64,000 bases of DNA, taken from Balanoglossus misakiensis (Eukaryota; Animalia; Hemichordata). A model generated the notes under the pieces. The model was not told the DNA's origin. It was given only the letters and a program-made list of their open reading frames with translations, and made no database searches. A program made the translations under genes and the position numbers. Shown piece after piece: positions 50,863 to 64,000 of this stretch (positions are counted from its first letter, which is position 1; the number at the start of each line of letters is the position of its first letter). The DNA is taken from positions 10,491,477 through 10,555,476 of the forward strand of contig CM082593.2 of the NCBI GenBank assembly GCA_040954595.2, read 5' to 3'.

Positions 50863-53800
50863 TTTTCGACTTTGCAAAATCTCAAAATTTCGTCGATTTT
50901 TGAAAAAAAATCATGGGTGAAAATGCATCAAAAAATGAGAAATTTTCGACTTTGCAAAATCTCAAAATTTCGTCAATTTTGAAAAAAATCATGGGTGAAA
51001 ATCATCAAAAAATGACAAATTTTCGACTTTGCAAAATCTCAAAATTTCGTCGATTTTTGAAAAAAATCATGGGTGAAAATCATCAAAAAAATGACAAATT
51101 TTCGACTTTGCAAAATCTCAAAATTTTGTTGATTTTTGAAAAAAATCATAGGTGAAAATCATCAAAAAATGACAAATTTTCGACTTTGCAAAATCTCAAA
51201 ATTTCGTCGATTTTTGAAGAAAATCATGGGTGAAAATCATCAAAAAATGACAAATTTTCGACTTTGCAAAATCTCAAAATTTCGTAGATTTTTGAAAAAA
51301 AACATGGGTAAAAATCATCAAAAAATGACAAATTTTCGACTTTGCAAAATCTCAAAATTTCGTCCATTTTTAAAAAAAAAACATGGGGGAAAATCATCAA
51401 AAAATGACAAATTTTCGACTTTGCAAAATCTCAAAATTTCGTCAATTTTGAATAAAAATCATGGGTGAAAATCATCAAAAAATGACAAATTTTGAAAAAA
51501 AAACGGGTGAAAATCATCAAAAAATGACACATTTTCGACTTCGCAAAATCTCAAAAGTTTTTCGATTGTTGAAAAAAATCATGGGTGAAAATCATCAAAA
51601 AAATGACAAATTTTCGACGTTGCAAAATCTCAAAATTTTGTTGATTTTTGACAAAAATCATAGGTGAAAATCATCAAAAAATGACAAATTTTCGACTTTG
51701 CAAAATCTCAAAATTTCGTCGATTTTTGAAGAAAATCATGGGTGAAAATCATCAAAAAATGAAAATTTTTCGTCTTTGCAAAATCTCAAAATTTCGTCCA
51801 TTTTTGAAAAAAAAATCATGGGTAAAAATCATCAAAAATGACAAATTTTCGTCTTTGCAAAATCTCAAAATTTCGTCGATTTTTGAAGAAAATCATGGGT
51901 GAAAATCATCAAAAAATGACAAATTTTCGACTTTGCAAAATCTCAAAATTTTTTCGATTTTTGAAAAAAGACATGGGTGAAAATCATCAAAAAATGACAA
52001 ATTTTCGACTTTGCAAAATCTCAAAATTTCGTTGATTTTTGAAAAAAAACATGGGTAAAAATCATCAAAAAATGACAAATTTTCGACTTTGCAAAATCTC
52101 AAAATTTCGTCCATTTTTAAAAAAAAAACATGGGGGAAAATCATCAAAAAAATGACAAATTTTCGACTTTGCAAAATCTCAAAATTTCGTCGATTTTTGA
52201 AAAAAAATCATGGGTGAAAATGCATCAAAAAATGAGAAATTTTCGACTTTGCAAAATCTCAAAATTTCGTCAATTTTGAAAAAAATCATGGGTGAAAATC
52301 ATCAAAAAAATGACAAATTTTCGACTTTGCAAAATCTCAAAATTTCGTCGATTTTTGAAGAAAATCATGGGTGAAAATCATCAAAAAATGAAAATTTTTC
52401 GTCTTTGCAAAATCTCAAAATTTCGTCCATTTTTGAAAAAAAAATCATGGGTAAAAATCATCAAAAATGACAAATTTTCGTCTTTGCAAAATCTCAAAAT
52501 TTCGTCGATTTTTGAAGAAAATCATGGGTGAAAATCATCAAAAAATGACAAATTTTCGACTTTGCAAAATCTCAAAATTTTTTCGATTTTTGAAAAAAGA
52601 CATGGGTGAAAATCATCAAAAAATGACAAATTTTCGACTTTGCAAAATCTCAAAATTTCGTTGATTTTTGAAAAAAAACATGGGTAAAAATCATCAAAAA
52701 ATGACAAATTTTCGACTTTGCAAAATCTCAAAATTTCGTCCATTTTTAAAAAAAAAACATGGGGGAAAATCATCAAAAAAATGACAAATTTTCGACTTTG
52801 CAAAATCTCAAAATTTCGTCGATTTTTGAAAAAAAATCATGGGTGAAAATGCATCAAAAAATGAGAAATTTTCGACTTTGCAAAATCTCAAAATTTCGTC
52901 AATTTTGAAAAAAATCATGGGTGAAAATCATCAAAAAAATGACAAATTTTCGACGTTGCAAAATCTCAAAATTTTGTTGATTTTTGAAAAAAATCATAGG
53001 TGAAAATCATCAAAAAATGACAAATTTTCGACTTTGCAAAATCTCAAAATTTCGTCGATTTTTGAAGAAAATCATGGGTGAAAATCATCAAAAAATGACA
53101 AATTTTCGACTTTGCAAAATCTCAAAATTTTTTCGATTTTTGAAAAATATCATTGGTGAAAATCATCAAAAAATGACAAATTTTGAAATAAAAACGGGTG
53201 AAAATCATCAAAAAATGACACATTTTCGACTTCGCAAAATCTCAAAATTTTTTCGATTGTTGAAAAAAATCATCGGTGAAAATCATCAAAAAATGACAAA
53301 TTTTCGACTTTGCAAAATCTCAAAATTTCGTCGATTTTTGAAAAAAATCATGGGTGAAAATCATCAAAAAAATGACAAATTTTCGACGTTGCAAAATCTC
53401 AAAATTTTGTTGATTTTTGACAAAAATCATAGGTGAAAATCATCAAAAAATGACAAATTTTCGACTTTGCAAAATCTCAAAATTTCGTCGATTTTTGAAG
53501 AAAATCATGGGTGAAAATCATCAAAAAATGACAAATTTTCGACTTTGCAAAATCTCAAAATTTTTTCGATTTTTGAAGAATATCATCGGTGAAAATCATC
53601 AAAAAATGACAAATTTTCGACTTTGCAAAATCTCAAAATTTCGTCGATTTTTGAAAAAAATCATGGGTGAAAATCATCAAAAAAATGACAAATTTTCGAC
53701 GTTGCAAAATCTCAAAATTTTGTTGATTTTTGAAAAAAATCATAGGTGAAAATCATCAAAAAATGACAAATTTTCGACTTTGCAAAATCTCAAAATTTCG

Positions 53801-56800
53801 TCGATTTTTGAAGAAAATCATGGGTGAAAATCATCAAAAAACGACAAATTTTCGACTTTGCAAAATCTCAAAATTTTTTCGATTTTTGAAAAATATCATT
53901 GGTGAAAATCATCAAAAAATGACAAATTTTGAAAAAAAAACGGTGAAAATCATCAAAAAATGACACATTTTCGACTTTGCAAAATCTCAAAATTTTTTCG
54001 ATTGTTGAAAAAAATCATCGGTGAAAATCATCAAAAAATGACAAATTTTCGACTTTGCAAAATCTCAAAATTTCGTCGATTTTTGAAAAAAATCATGGGT
54101 GAAAATCAACAAAAAAATGACAAATTTTCGACGTTGCAAAATCTCAAATTTTGTTGATTTTTGACAAAAATCATAGGTGAAAATCATCAAAAAATGACAA
54201 ATTTTCGACTTTGCAAAATCTCAAAATTTCGTCGATTTTTGAAGAAAATCATGGGTGAAAATCATCAAAAAATGACAAATTTTCGACTTTGCAAAATCTC
54301 AAAATTTTTTCGATTTTTGAAAAATATCATGGGTGAAAATCATCAAAAAATGACAAATTTTGAAAAAAAACCGGGTGAAAATGATCAAAAAATGACACAT
54401 TTACGACTTTGCAAAATCTCAAAATTTCGTCCATTTTTGAAAAAAAAATCATGGGTAAAAATCATCAAAAATGACAAATTTTCGTCTTTGCAAAATCTCA
54501 AAATTTCGTCGATTTTTGAAGAAAATCATGGGTGAAAATCATCAAAAAATGACAAATTTTCGACTTTGCAAAATCTCAAAATTTTTTCGATTTTTGAAAA
54601 AAGACATGGGTGAAAATCATCAAAAAATGACAAATTTTCGACTTTGCAAAATCTCAAAATTTCGTAGATTTTTGAAAAAAAACATGGGTAAAAATCATCA
54701 AAAAATGACAAATTTTCGACTTTGCAAAATCTCAAAATTTCGTCCATTTTTAAAAAAAAAACATGGGGGAAAATCATCAAAAAATGACAAATTTTCGACT
54801 TTGCAAAATCTCAAAATTTCGTCAATTTTGAATAAAAATCATGGGTGAAAATCATCAAAAAATGACAAATTTTCGACTTTGCAAAATCTCACAATTTCGT
54901 CGATTTTTGAAAAAAAATCATGGGTGAAAATGCATCAAAAAATGAGAAATTTTCGACTTTGCAAAATGTCAAAATTTCGTCAATTTTGAAAAAAATCATG
55001 GGTGAAAATCATCAAAAAAATGACAAATTTTCGACTTTGCAAAATCTCAAAATTTTGTTGATTTTTGAAAAAAATCATAGGTGAAAATCATCAAAAAATG
55101 ACAAATTTTCGACTTTGCAAAATCTCAAAATTTCGTCGATTTTTGAAGAAAATCATGGGTGAAAATCATCAAAAAATGACAAATTTTCGACTTTGCAAAA
55201 TCTCAAAATTTTTTCGATTTTTGAAAAATATCATTGGTGAAAATCATCAAAAAATGACAACTTTTGAAAAAAAACGGGTGAAAATCATCAAAAAATGACA
55301 CATTTTCGACTTCGCAAAATCTCAAAATTTTTTCGATTGTTGAAAAAAATCATCGGTGAAAATCATCAAAAAATGACAAATATTCGACGTTGCAAAATCT
55401 CAAAATTTTGTTGATTTTTGACAAAAATCATAGGTGAAAATCATCAAAAAATGACAAATTTTCGACTTTGCAAAATCTCAAAATTTCGTCAATTTTGAAA
55501 AAAATCATGGGTGAAAATAATCAAAAAATGACACATTTACGACTTTGCAAAATCTCAAAATTTTTTCGATTTTTGAAAAAAGACATGGGTGAAAATCATC
55601 AAAAAATGACAAATTTTCGACTTTGCAAAATCTCAAAATTTCGTAGATTTTTGAAAAAAAACATGGGTAAAAATCATCAAAAAATGACAAATTTTCGACT
55701 TTGCAAAATCTCAAAATTTCGTCCATTTTTTAAAAAAAAACATGGGGGAAAATCATCAAAAAATGACAAATTTTCGACTTTGCAAAATCTCAAAATTTCG
55801 TCAATTTTGAATAAAAATCATGGGTGAAAATCATCAAAAAATGACAAATTTTCGACTTTGCAAAATCTCACAATTTCGTCGATTTTTGAAAAAAAATCAT
55901 GGGTGAAAATGCATCAAAAAATGAGAAATTTTCGACTTTGCAAAATGTCAAAATTTCGTCAATTTTGAAAAAAATCATGGGTGAAAATCATCAAAAAAAT
56001 GACAAATTTTCGACTTTGCAAAATCTCAAAATTTTGTTGATTTTTGAAAAAAATCATAGGTGAAAATCATCAAAAAATGACAAATTTTCGACTTTGCAAA
56101 ATCTCAAAATTTCGTCGATTTTTGAAGAAAATCATGGGTGAAAATCATCAAAAAATGACAAATTTTCGACTTTGCAAAATCTCAAAATTTTTTCGATTTT
56201 TGAAAAATATCATTGGTGAAAATCATCAAAAAATGACAACTTTTGAAAAAAAAACGGGTGAAAATCATCAAAAAATGACACATTTTCGACTTCGCAAAAT
56301 CTCAAAATTTTTTCGATTGTTGAAAAAAATCATCGGTGAAAATCATCAAAAAATGACAAATATTCGACGTTGCAAAATCTCAAAATTTTGTTGATTTTTG
56401 ACAAAAATCATAGGTGAAAATCATCAAAAAATGACAAATTTTCGACTTTGCAAAATCTCAAAATTTCGTCAATTTTGAAAAAAATCATGGGTGAAAATAA
56501 TCAAAAAATGACACATTTACGACTTTGCAAAATCTCAAAATTTTTTCGATTTTTGAAAAATATCATTGGTGAAAATCATCAAAAAATGACAAATTTTGAA
56601 AAAAAAACGGGTGAAAATGATCAAAAAATGACACATTTACGACTTTGCAAAATCTCAAATTTTCGTCGATTTTTGAAAAAAAATCATGGGTGAAAATCAT
56701 CAAAAAATGACAAATTTTCGACTTTGCAAAATCTCAAAATTTCGTCGATTTTTGAAGAAAATCATGGGTGAAAATCATCAAAAAATGACAAATTTTCGAC

Positions 56801-59800
56801 TTTGCAAAATCTCAAAATTTCGTCCATTTTTGAAAAAAAAATCATGGGTAAAAATCATCAAAAATGACAAATTTTCGTCTTTGCAAAATCTCAAAATTTC
56901 GTCGATTTTTGAAGAAAATCATGGGTGAAAATCATCAAAAAATGACAAATTTTCGACTTTGCAAAATCTCAAAATTTTTTCGATTTTTGAAAAATATCAT
57001 CGGTGAAAATCATCAAAAAATGACAAATTTTCGACTTTGCAAAATCTCAAAATTTCGTCGATTTTTGAAAAAAATCATGGGTGAAAATCATCAAAAAAAT
57101 GACAAATTTTCGACGTTGCAAAATCTCAAAATTTTGTTGATTTTTGAAAAAAATCATAGGTGAAAATCATCAAAAAATGACAAATTTTCGACTTTGCAAA
57201 ATCTCAAAATTTCGTCGATTTTTGAAGAAAATCATGGGTGAAAATCATCAAAAAACGACAAATTTTCGACTTTGCAAAATCTCAAAATTTTTTCGATTTT
57301 TGAAAAATATCATTGGTGAAAATCATCAAAAAATGACAAATTTTGAAAAAAAAACGGGTGAAAATCATCAAAAAATGACACATTTTCGACTTTGCAAAAT
57401 CTCAAAATTTTTTCGATTGTTGAAAAAAATCATCGGTGAAAATCATCAAAAAATGACAAATTTTCGACTTTGCAAAATCTCACAATTTCGTCGATTTTTG
57501 AAAAAAAATCATGGGTGAAAATGCATCAAAAAATGAGAAATTTTCGACTTTGCAAAATCTCAAAATTTCGTCAATTTTGAAAAAAATCATGGGTGAAAAT
57601 CATCAAAAAAATGACAAATTTTCGACGTTGCAAAATCTCAAAATTTTGTTGATTTTTGAAAAAAATCATAGGTGAAAATCATCAAAAAATGACAAATTTT
57701 CGACTTTGCAAAATCTCAAAATTTCGTCGATTTTTGAAGAAAATCATGGGTGAAAATCATCAAAAAATGACAAATTTTCGACTTTGCAAAATCTCAAAAT
57801 TTTTTCGATTTTTGAAAAATATCATTGGTGAAAATCATCAAAAAATGACAAATTTTGAAAAAAAAACGGGTGAAAATCATCAAAAAATGACAAATTTTCA
57901 TCTTTGCAAAATCTCAAAATTTCGTCCATTTCTGAAACAAAATTATGGGTAAAAATCATCAAAAATGACAAATTTTCATCTTTGCAAAATCTCAAAATTT
58001 CGTCGAGTTTTGAAAAAAATCATGGGGGAAAATCATGAAAAAATGACAAATTTTCCTCTTTGCAAAATCTCAAAATTTCGTCGATTTTTAAAAAAAGACA
58101 TGGGTGAAAATCATCAAAAAATAACAAATTTTCGACTTTGCAAAATCTCAAAATTTTTTCGATTTTTGAAAAAAGACATGGGTAAAAATCATCAAAAAAT
58201 GACAAATTTTGAAAAAAAAACGGGTGAAAATCATCAAAAAATGACACATTTTCGACTTTGCAAAATCTCAAAATTTCGTCGATTTTTGAAAAAAAATCAT
58301 GGGTGAAAATCATCAAAAAATGACAAATTTTCGTCTTTGCAAAATCTCAAATTTTGTCCATTTCTGAAAAAAAATTATAGGTAAAAATCTTCAAAAATGA
58401 CAAATTTTCATCTTTGCAAAATCTCAAATTTTCGTCAATTTTTGAAAAAAATCATGGTTGAAAATCATCAAAAAATGACAAAATTTTCGACTTTGCAAAA
58501 TCTCAAAATTTCGTCGATTTTTGAAAAAAATCATGGGGGAAAATCATGAAAAAATGACAAATTTTCCTCTTTGCAAAATCTCAAAATTTCGTCGATTTTT
58601 GAAAAAAAATCATGGGTGAAAATCATCAAAAAATGACAAATTTTCGTCTTTGCAAAATCTCAAATTTTCGTCGATTTTTGAAAAAAAATCATGGTTGAAA
58701 ATCATCAAAAAATGACAAAATTTTCGACTTTGTAAAATCACAAAATTTCGTCGATTTTGAAAAAAAATCATAGGTTCGTCGATTTTTTAAAAAAAAACAT
58801 GGGTGAAAATCATCAAAAAATGACAAATTTTGAAAAAAAAACGGGTGAAAATCATCAAAAAATGACACATTTTCGACTTTGCAAAATCTCAAAATTTCGT
58901 CGATTTTTGAAAAAAAAACGGGTGAAAATCATCAAAAAATGACAAATTTTGAAAAAAAAAACGGGTGAAAATCATCAAAAAATGACACATTTTCGACTTT
59001 GTAAAATCACAAAATTTCGTCGATTTTGAAAAAAATCATAGGTTCGTCGATTTTTAAAAAAAAAACATGGGTGAAAATCATCAAAAAATGACAAATTTTG
59101 AAAAAAAATCATGGGTGAAAATCATCAAAAAATGACAAATTTTCGACTTTGCAAAATCTTAAAATTTCGTCGATTTTTGAAAAAAAATCATGGGTGAAAA
59201 TCATCAAAAAATGACAATTTTCGTCTTTGCAAAATCTCAAAATTTCGTCCATTTTTGAAAAAAAATCATGGGTGAAAATCATCAAAAAATGACAAATTTT
59301 CGTCTTTGCAAAATCTCAAAATTTCGTCCATTTTTGAAAAAAAAATCATGGGTAAAAATCATCAAAAATGACAAATTTTCGTCTTTGCAAAATCTCAAAA
59401 TTTCGTCGATTTTTGAAGAAAATCATGGGTGAAAATCATCAAAAAATGACAAATTTTCGACTTTGCAAAATCTCAAAATTTTTTCGATTTTTGAAAAATA
59501 TCATCGGTGAAAATCATCAAAAAATGACAAATTTTCGACTTTGCAAAATCTCAAAATTTCGTCGATTTTTGAAAAAAATCATGGGTGAAAATCATCAAAA
59601 AAATGACAAATTTTCGACGTTGCAAAATCTCAAAATTTTGTTGATTTTTGAAAAAAATCATAGGTGAAAATCATCAAAAAATGACAAATTTTCGACTTTG
59701 CAAAATCTCAAAATTTCGTCGATTTTTTGAAGAAAATCATGGGTGAAAATCATCAAAAAACGACAAATTTTCGACTTTGCAAAATCTCAAAATTTTTTCG

Positions 59801-62800
59801 ATTTTTGAAAAATATCATTGGTGAAAATCATCAAAAAATGACAAATTTTGAAAAAAAAACGGGTGAAAATCATCAAAAAATGACACATTTTCGACTTTGC
59901 AAAATCTCAAAATTTTTTCGATTGTTGAAAAAAATCATCGGTGAAAATCATCAAAAAATGACAAATTTTCGACTTTGCAAAATCTCACAATTTCGTCGAT
60001 TTTTGAAAAAAAATCATGGGTGAAAATGCATCAAAAAATGAGAAATTTTCGACTTTGCAAAATCTCAAAATTTCGTCAATTTTGAAAAAAATCATGGGTG
60101 AAAATCATCAAAAAAATGACAAATTTTCGACGTTGCAAAATCTCAAAATTTTGTTGATTTTTGAAAAAAATCATAGGTGAAAATCATCAAAAAATGACAA
60201 ATTTTCGACTTTGCAAAATCTCAAAATTTCGTCGATTTTTGAAGAAAATCATGGGTGAAAATCATCAAAAAATGACAAATTTTCGACTTTGCAAAATCTC
60301 AAAATTTTTTCGATTTTTGAAAAATATCATTGGTGAAAATCATCAAAAAATGACAAATTTTGAAAAAAAAACGGGTGAAAATCATCAAAAAATGACAAAT
60401 TTTCATCTTTGCAAAATCTCAAAATTTCGTCCATTTCTGAAACAAAATTATGGGTAAAAATCATCAAAAATGACAAATTTTCATCTTTGCAAAATCTCAA
60501 AATTTCGTCGAGTTTTGAAAAAAATCATGGGGGAAAATCATGAAAAAATGACAAATTTTCCTCTTTGCAAAATCTCAAAATTTCGTCGATTTTTAAAAAA
60601 AGACATGGGTGAAAATCATCAAAAAATAACAAATTTTCGACTTTGCAAAATCTCAAAATTTCGTCCATTTTTGAAAAAAAATCATGGGTAAAAATCATCA
60701 AAAAATGACAAATTTTGAAAAAAAAACGGGTGAAAATCATCAAAAAATGACACATTTTCGACTTTGCAAAATCTCAAAATTTCGTCGATTTTTGAAAAAA
60801 AATCATGGGTGAAAATCATCAAAAAATGACAAATTTTCGTCTTTGCAAAATCTCAAATTTTGTCCATTTCTGAAAAAAAATTATAGGTAAAAATCTTCAA
60901 AAATGACAAATTTTCATCTTTGCAAAATCTCAAATTTTCGTCAATTTTTGAAAAAAATCATGGTTGAAAATCATCAAAAAATGACAAAATTTTCGACTTT
61001 GCAAAATCTCAAAATTTCGTCGATTTTTGAAAAAAATCATGGGGGAAAATCATGAAAAAATGACAAATTTTCCTCTTTGCAAAATCTCAAAATTTCGTCG
61101 ATTTTTGAAAAAAAATCATGGGTGAAAATCATCAAAAAATGACAAATTTTCGTCTTTGCAAAATCTCAAATTTTCGTCGATTTTTGAAAAAAAATCATGG
61201 TTGAAAATCATCAAAAAATGACAAAATTTTCGACTTTGTAAAATCACAAAATTTCGTCGATTTTGAAAAAAAATCATAGGTTCGTCGATTTTTTAAAAAA
61301 AAACATGGGTGAAAATCATCAAAAAATGACAAATTTTGAAAAAAAAACGGGTGAAAATCATCAAAAAATGACACATTTTCGACTTTGCAAAATCTCAAAA
61401 TTTCGTCGATTTTTGAAAAAAAAACGGGTGAAAATCATCAAAAAATGACAAATTTTGAAAAAAAAAACGGGTGAAAATCATCAAAAAATGACACATTTTC
61501 GACTTTGTAAAATCACAAAATTTCGTCGATTTTGAAAAAAATCATAGGTTCGTCGATTTTTAAAAAAAAAACATGGGTGAAAATCATCAAAAAATGACAA
61601 ATTTTGAAAAAAAATCATGGGTGAAAATCATCAAAAAATGACAAATTTTCGACTTTGCAAAATCTTAAAATTTCGTCGATTTTTGAAAAAAAATCATGGG
61701 TGAAAATCATCAAAAAATGACAAATTTTCGTCTTTGCAAAATCTCAAAATTTCGTCCATTTCTGAAAAAAAATTATGGGTAAAAATCATCAAAAATGACA
61801 AATTTTCATCTTTGTAAAATCACAAAATTTCGTCGATTTTGAAAAAAATCATAGGTTCGTCGATTTTTTAAAAAAAAACATGGGTGAAAATCATCAAAAA
61901 ATGACAAATTTTGAAAAAAAACGGGTGAAAATCATCAAAAAATGACACATTTTCGACTGCAAAATCTCAAAATTTCGTCAATTTTGAAAAAAATCATGGT
62001 CGAAAATCATCAAATAATGACAATTTTTTTACTGCAAAATCTCAAAATTTCATCGATTTTTGAAAAAAATCATGGGTGAAAATCATCAAAAAATGACAAA
62101 TTTTCGACTTTGCAAAATCTCAAAATTTCGTCGATTTTTGAAGAAAATCAAGGGTGAAAATCATCAAAAAATGACAAATTTTCCTCTTTGCAAAATCTCA
62201 AAATTTCGTCGATTTTTAAAAAAAGACATGGGTGTAAATCATCAAAAAATAACAAATTTTCGACTTTGCAAAATCTCAAAATTTCGTCGATTTTTGAAAA
62301 AAATCATGTGTGAAAATCATTAAAAAATGACAAATTTTCGACTTTGCAAAATCTCAAAATTTCGTCAATTTTTGAAAAAATCATGGGTGAAAATCATCAA
62401 AAAATGACAAATTTTCGTCTTTGCAAAATCTCAAAATTTCGTCCATTTTAAAAAAAAACGGGGGAAAATGATCAAAAAATGACAAATTTTCGACTGCAAA
62501 ATCTCAAAATTTCGTCAATTTTGAAAAAAATCATGGTCGAAAATCATCAAATAATGACAATTTTTTTACTGCAAAATCTCAAAATTTCATCGATTTTTGA
62601 AAAAAATCATGGGTGAAAATCATCAAAAAATGACAAATTTTCGACTTTGCAAAATCTGAAAATTTCGTCGATTTTTGAAAAAAATCATGGGTGAAAATCA
62701 TCAAAAAATGACAAATTTTCGACTTTGCAAAATCTCAAAATTTCGTCAATTTTTGAAAAAATCATGGGTGAAAATCATCAAAAAATGACAAATTTTCGTC

Positions 62801-64000
62801 TTTGCAAAATCTCAAAATTTCGTCGGTTTTTGAAAAATAATATGGGTGAAAATCATCAAAAAATGACAAATTTTCGACTTTGCAAAATCTCAAAATTTCG
62901 TCGGTTTTGAAAAAAATCATGGGTTCGTCGATTTTTTTAAATAAAAACATGGGTGAAAATCATCAAAAAATGACAAATGTTCGACTTTGCAAAATCTAAA
63001 AATTTCGTCGATTTTTGAAAAAAAATCATGGGTGAAAATCATCAAAAAATGACAAATTTTCGTCTTTGCAAAATCTCAAAATTTCGTCCATTTTTGAAAA
63101 AAAAATCATGGGTAAAAATCATCAAAAATGACAAATTTTCGTCTTTGCAAAATCTCAAATTTTCGTCGATTTTTGAAAAAAAATCATGGTTGAAAATCAT
63201 CAAAAAATGACAAAATGTTCGACTTTGTAAAATCACAAAATTTCGTCGATTTTGAAAAAAATCATAGGTTCGTCGAATTTTTTTAAAAAAACATGGGTGA
63301 AAATCATCAAAAAATGACAAATTTTGAAAAAAAAACGGGTGAAAATCATCAAAAAATGACCTATTTTCGTCGACTTTGCAAAATCTCAAAATTTCGTCGA
63401 TGTTTGAAAAAAATCATGGGGGAAAATCATGAAAAAATGACATATTTTCCTCTTTGCAAAATCTCAAAATTTCGTCGATTTTTAAAAAAAGACATGGGTG
63501 AAAATCATCAAAAAATAACAAATTTTCGACTTTGCAAAATCTCAAAATTTCGTCCATTTTTGAAAAAAAATCATGGGTAAAAATCATCAAAAAATGACAA
63601 ATTTTCGTCTTTGCAAAATCTCACAATTTCGTCGATTTTTGAAAAAAATCATGTGTGAAAATCATCAAAAAATGACAAATTTTCGACTTTGCAAAATCTC
63701 AAAATTTCGTCAATTTTTGAAAAAATCATGGGTGAAAATCATCAAAAAATGACAAATTTTCGTCTTTGCAAAATCTCAACATTTCGTCCATTTAAAAACA
63801 AAAACGGGGGAAAATCATCAAAAAATGACAAATTTTCGACTTTGCAAAATCTCAAAATTTCGTCGATTTTTGAAAAAAATCATGGGTGAAAATCATCAAA
63901 AAATGACAAATTTTCGACTTTGCAAAATCTCAAAATTTCGTCAATTTTTGAAAAAATCATGGGTGAAAATCATCAAAAAATGACAAATTTTCGACTTCGC
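50863..64000. repeat. 78-bp A-tract satellite array with ~39-bp deletion variants and higher-order duplications
   Basis: Unit approximately AAAATCATGGGTGAAAATCATCAAAAAATGACAAATTTTCGACTTTGCAAAATCTCAAAATTTCGTCGATTTTTGAAA; more than 13 kb and running off the window. Confidence 0.99.

Noticed and set aside
50913-63889. K/F-rich ORFs (MTNFRLCKISKF...)
   Set aside because: These are translations of the 78-bp satellite, frameshifted at variable A-runs.

Overview
This is AT-rich eukaryotic DNA. The repeat families and GT-AG introns suggest a marine invertebrate (inference). A ~45 kb transposon-dense island lies between two satellite arrays: a composite 90/74-bp array (1-~6210) and a 78-bp A-tract array with higher-order structure (~50863 to the end). 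The long ORFs in both arrays are repeat artefacts. The island holds two 5'-truncated L2-type LINEs, a broken RTEX-like LINE, an intron-containing hAT transposase pseudogene, many MITEs, Helentron-associated (HINE-like) elements and a ~4 kb Academ-like foldback nested in an AcademH-like MITE. It also holds a tandem segmental duplication and one plausible orphan coding exon with a PPPY motif. The most unusual signal is a set of small minus-strand GT-AG exons (B'-A'-B-A, plus a possible hairpin exon C). A and B are paralogous but have mutually inverted cores, so splicing B to A would create a stem across the junction. This is a candidate splicing-assembled structured or hairpin RNA. No rRNA, intact tRNA, CRISPR array or complete protein-coding gene was found. 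All family assignments come from terminal sequences, TSDs and protein motifs read by eye, not from database searches.
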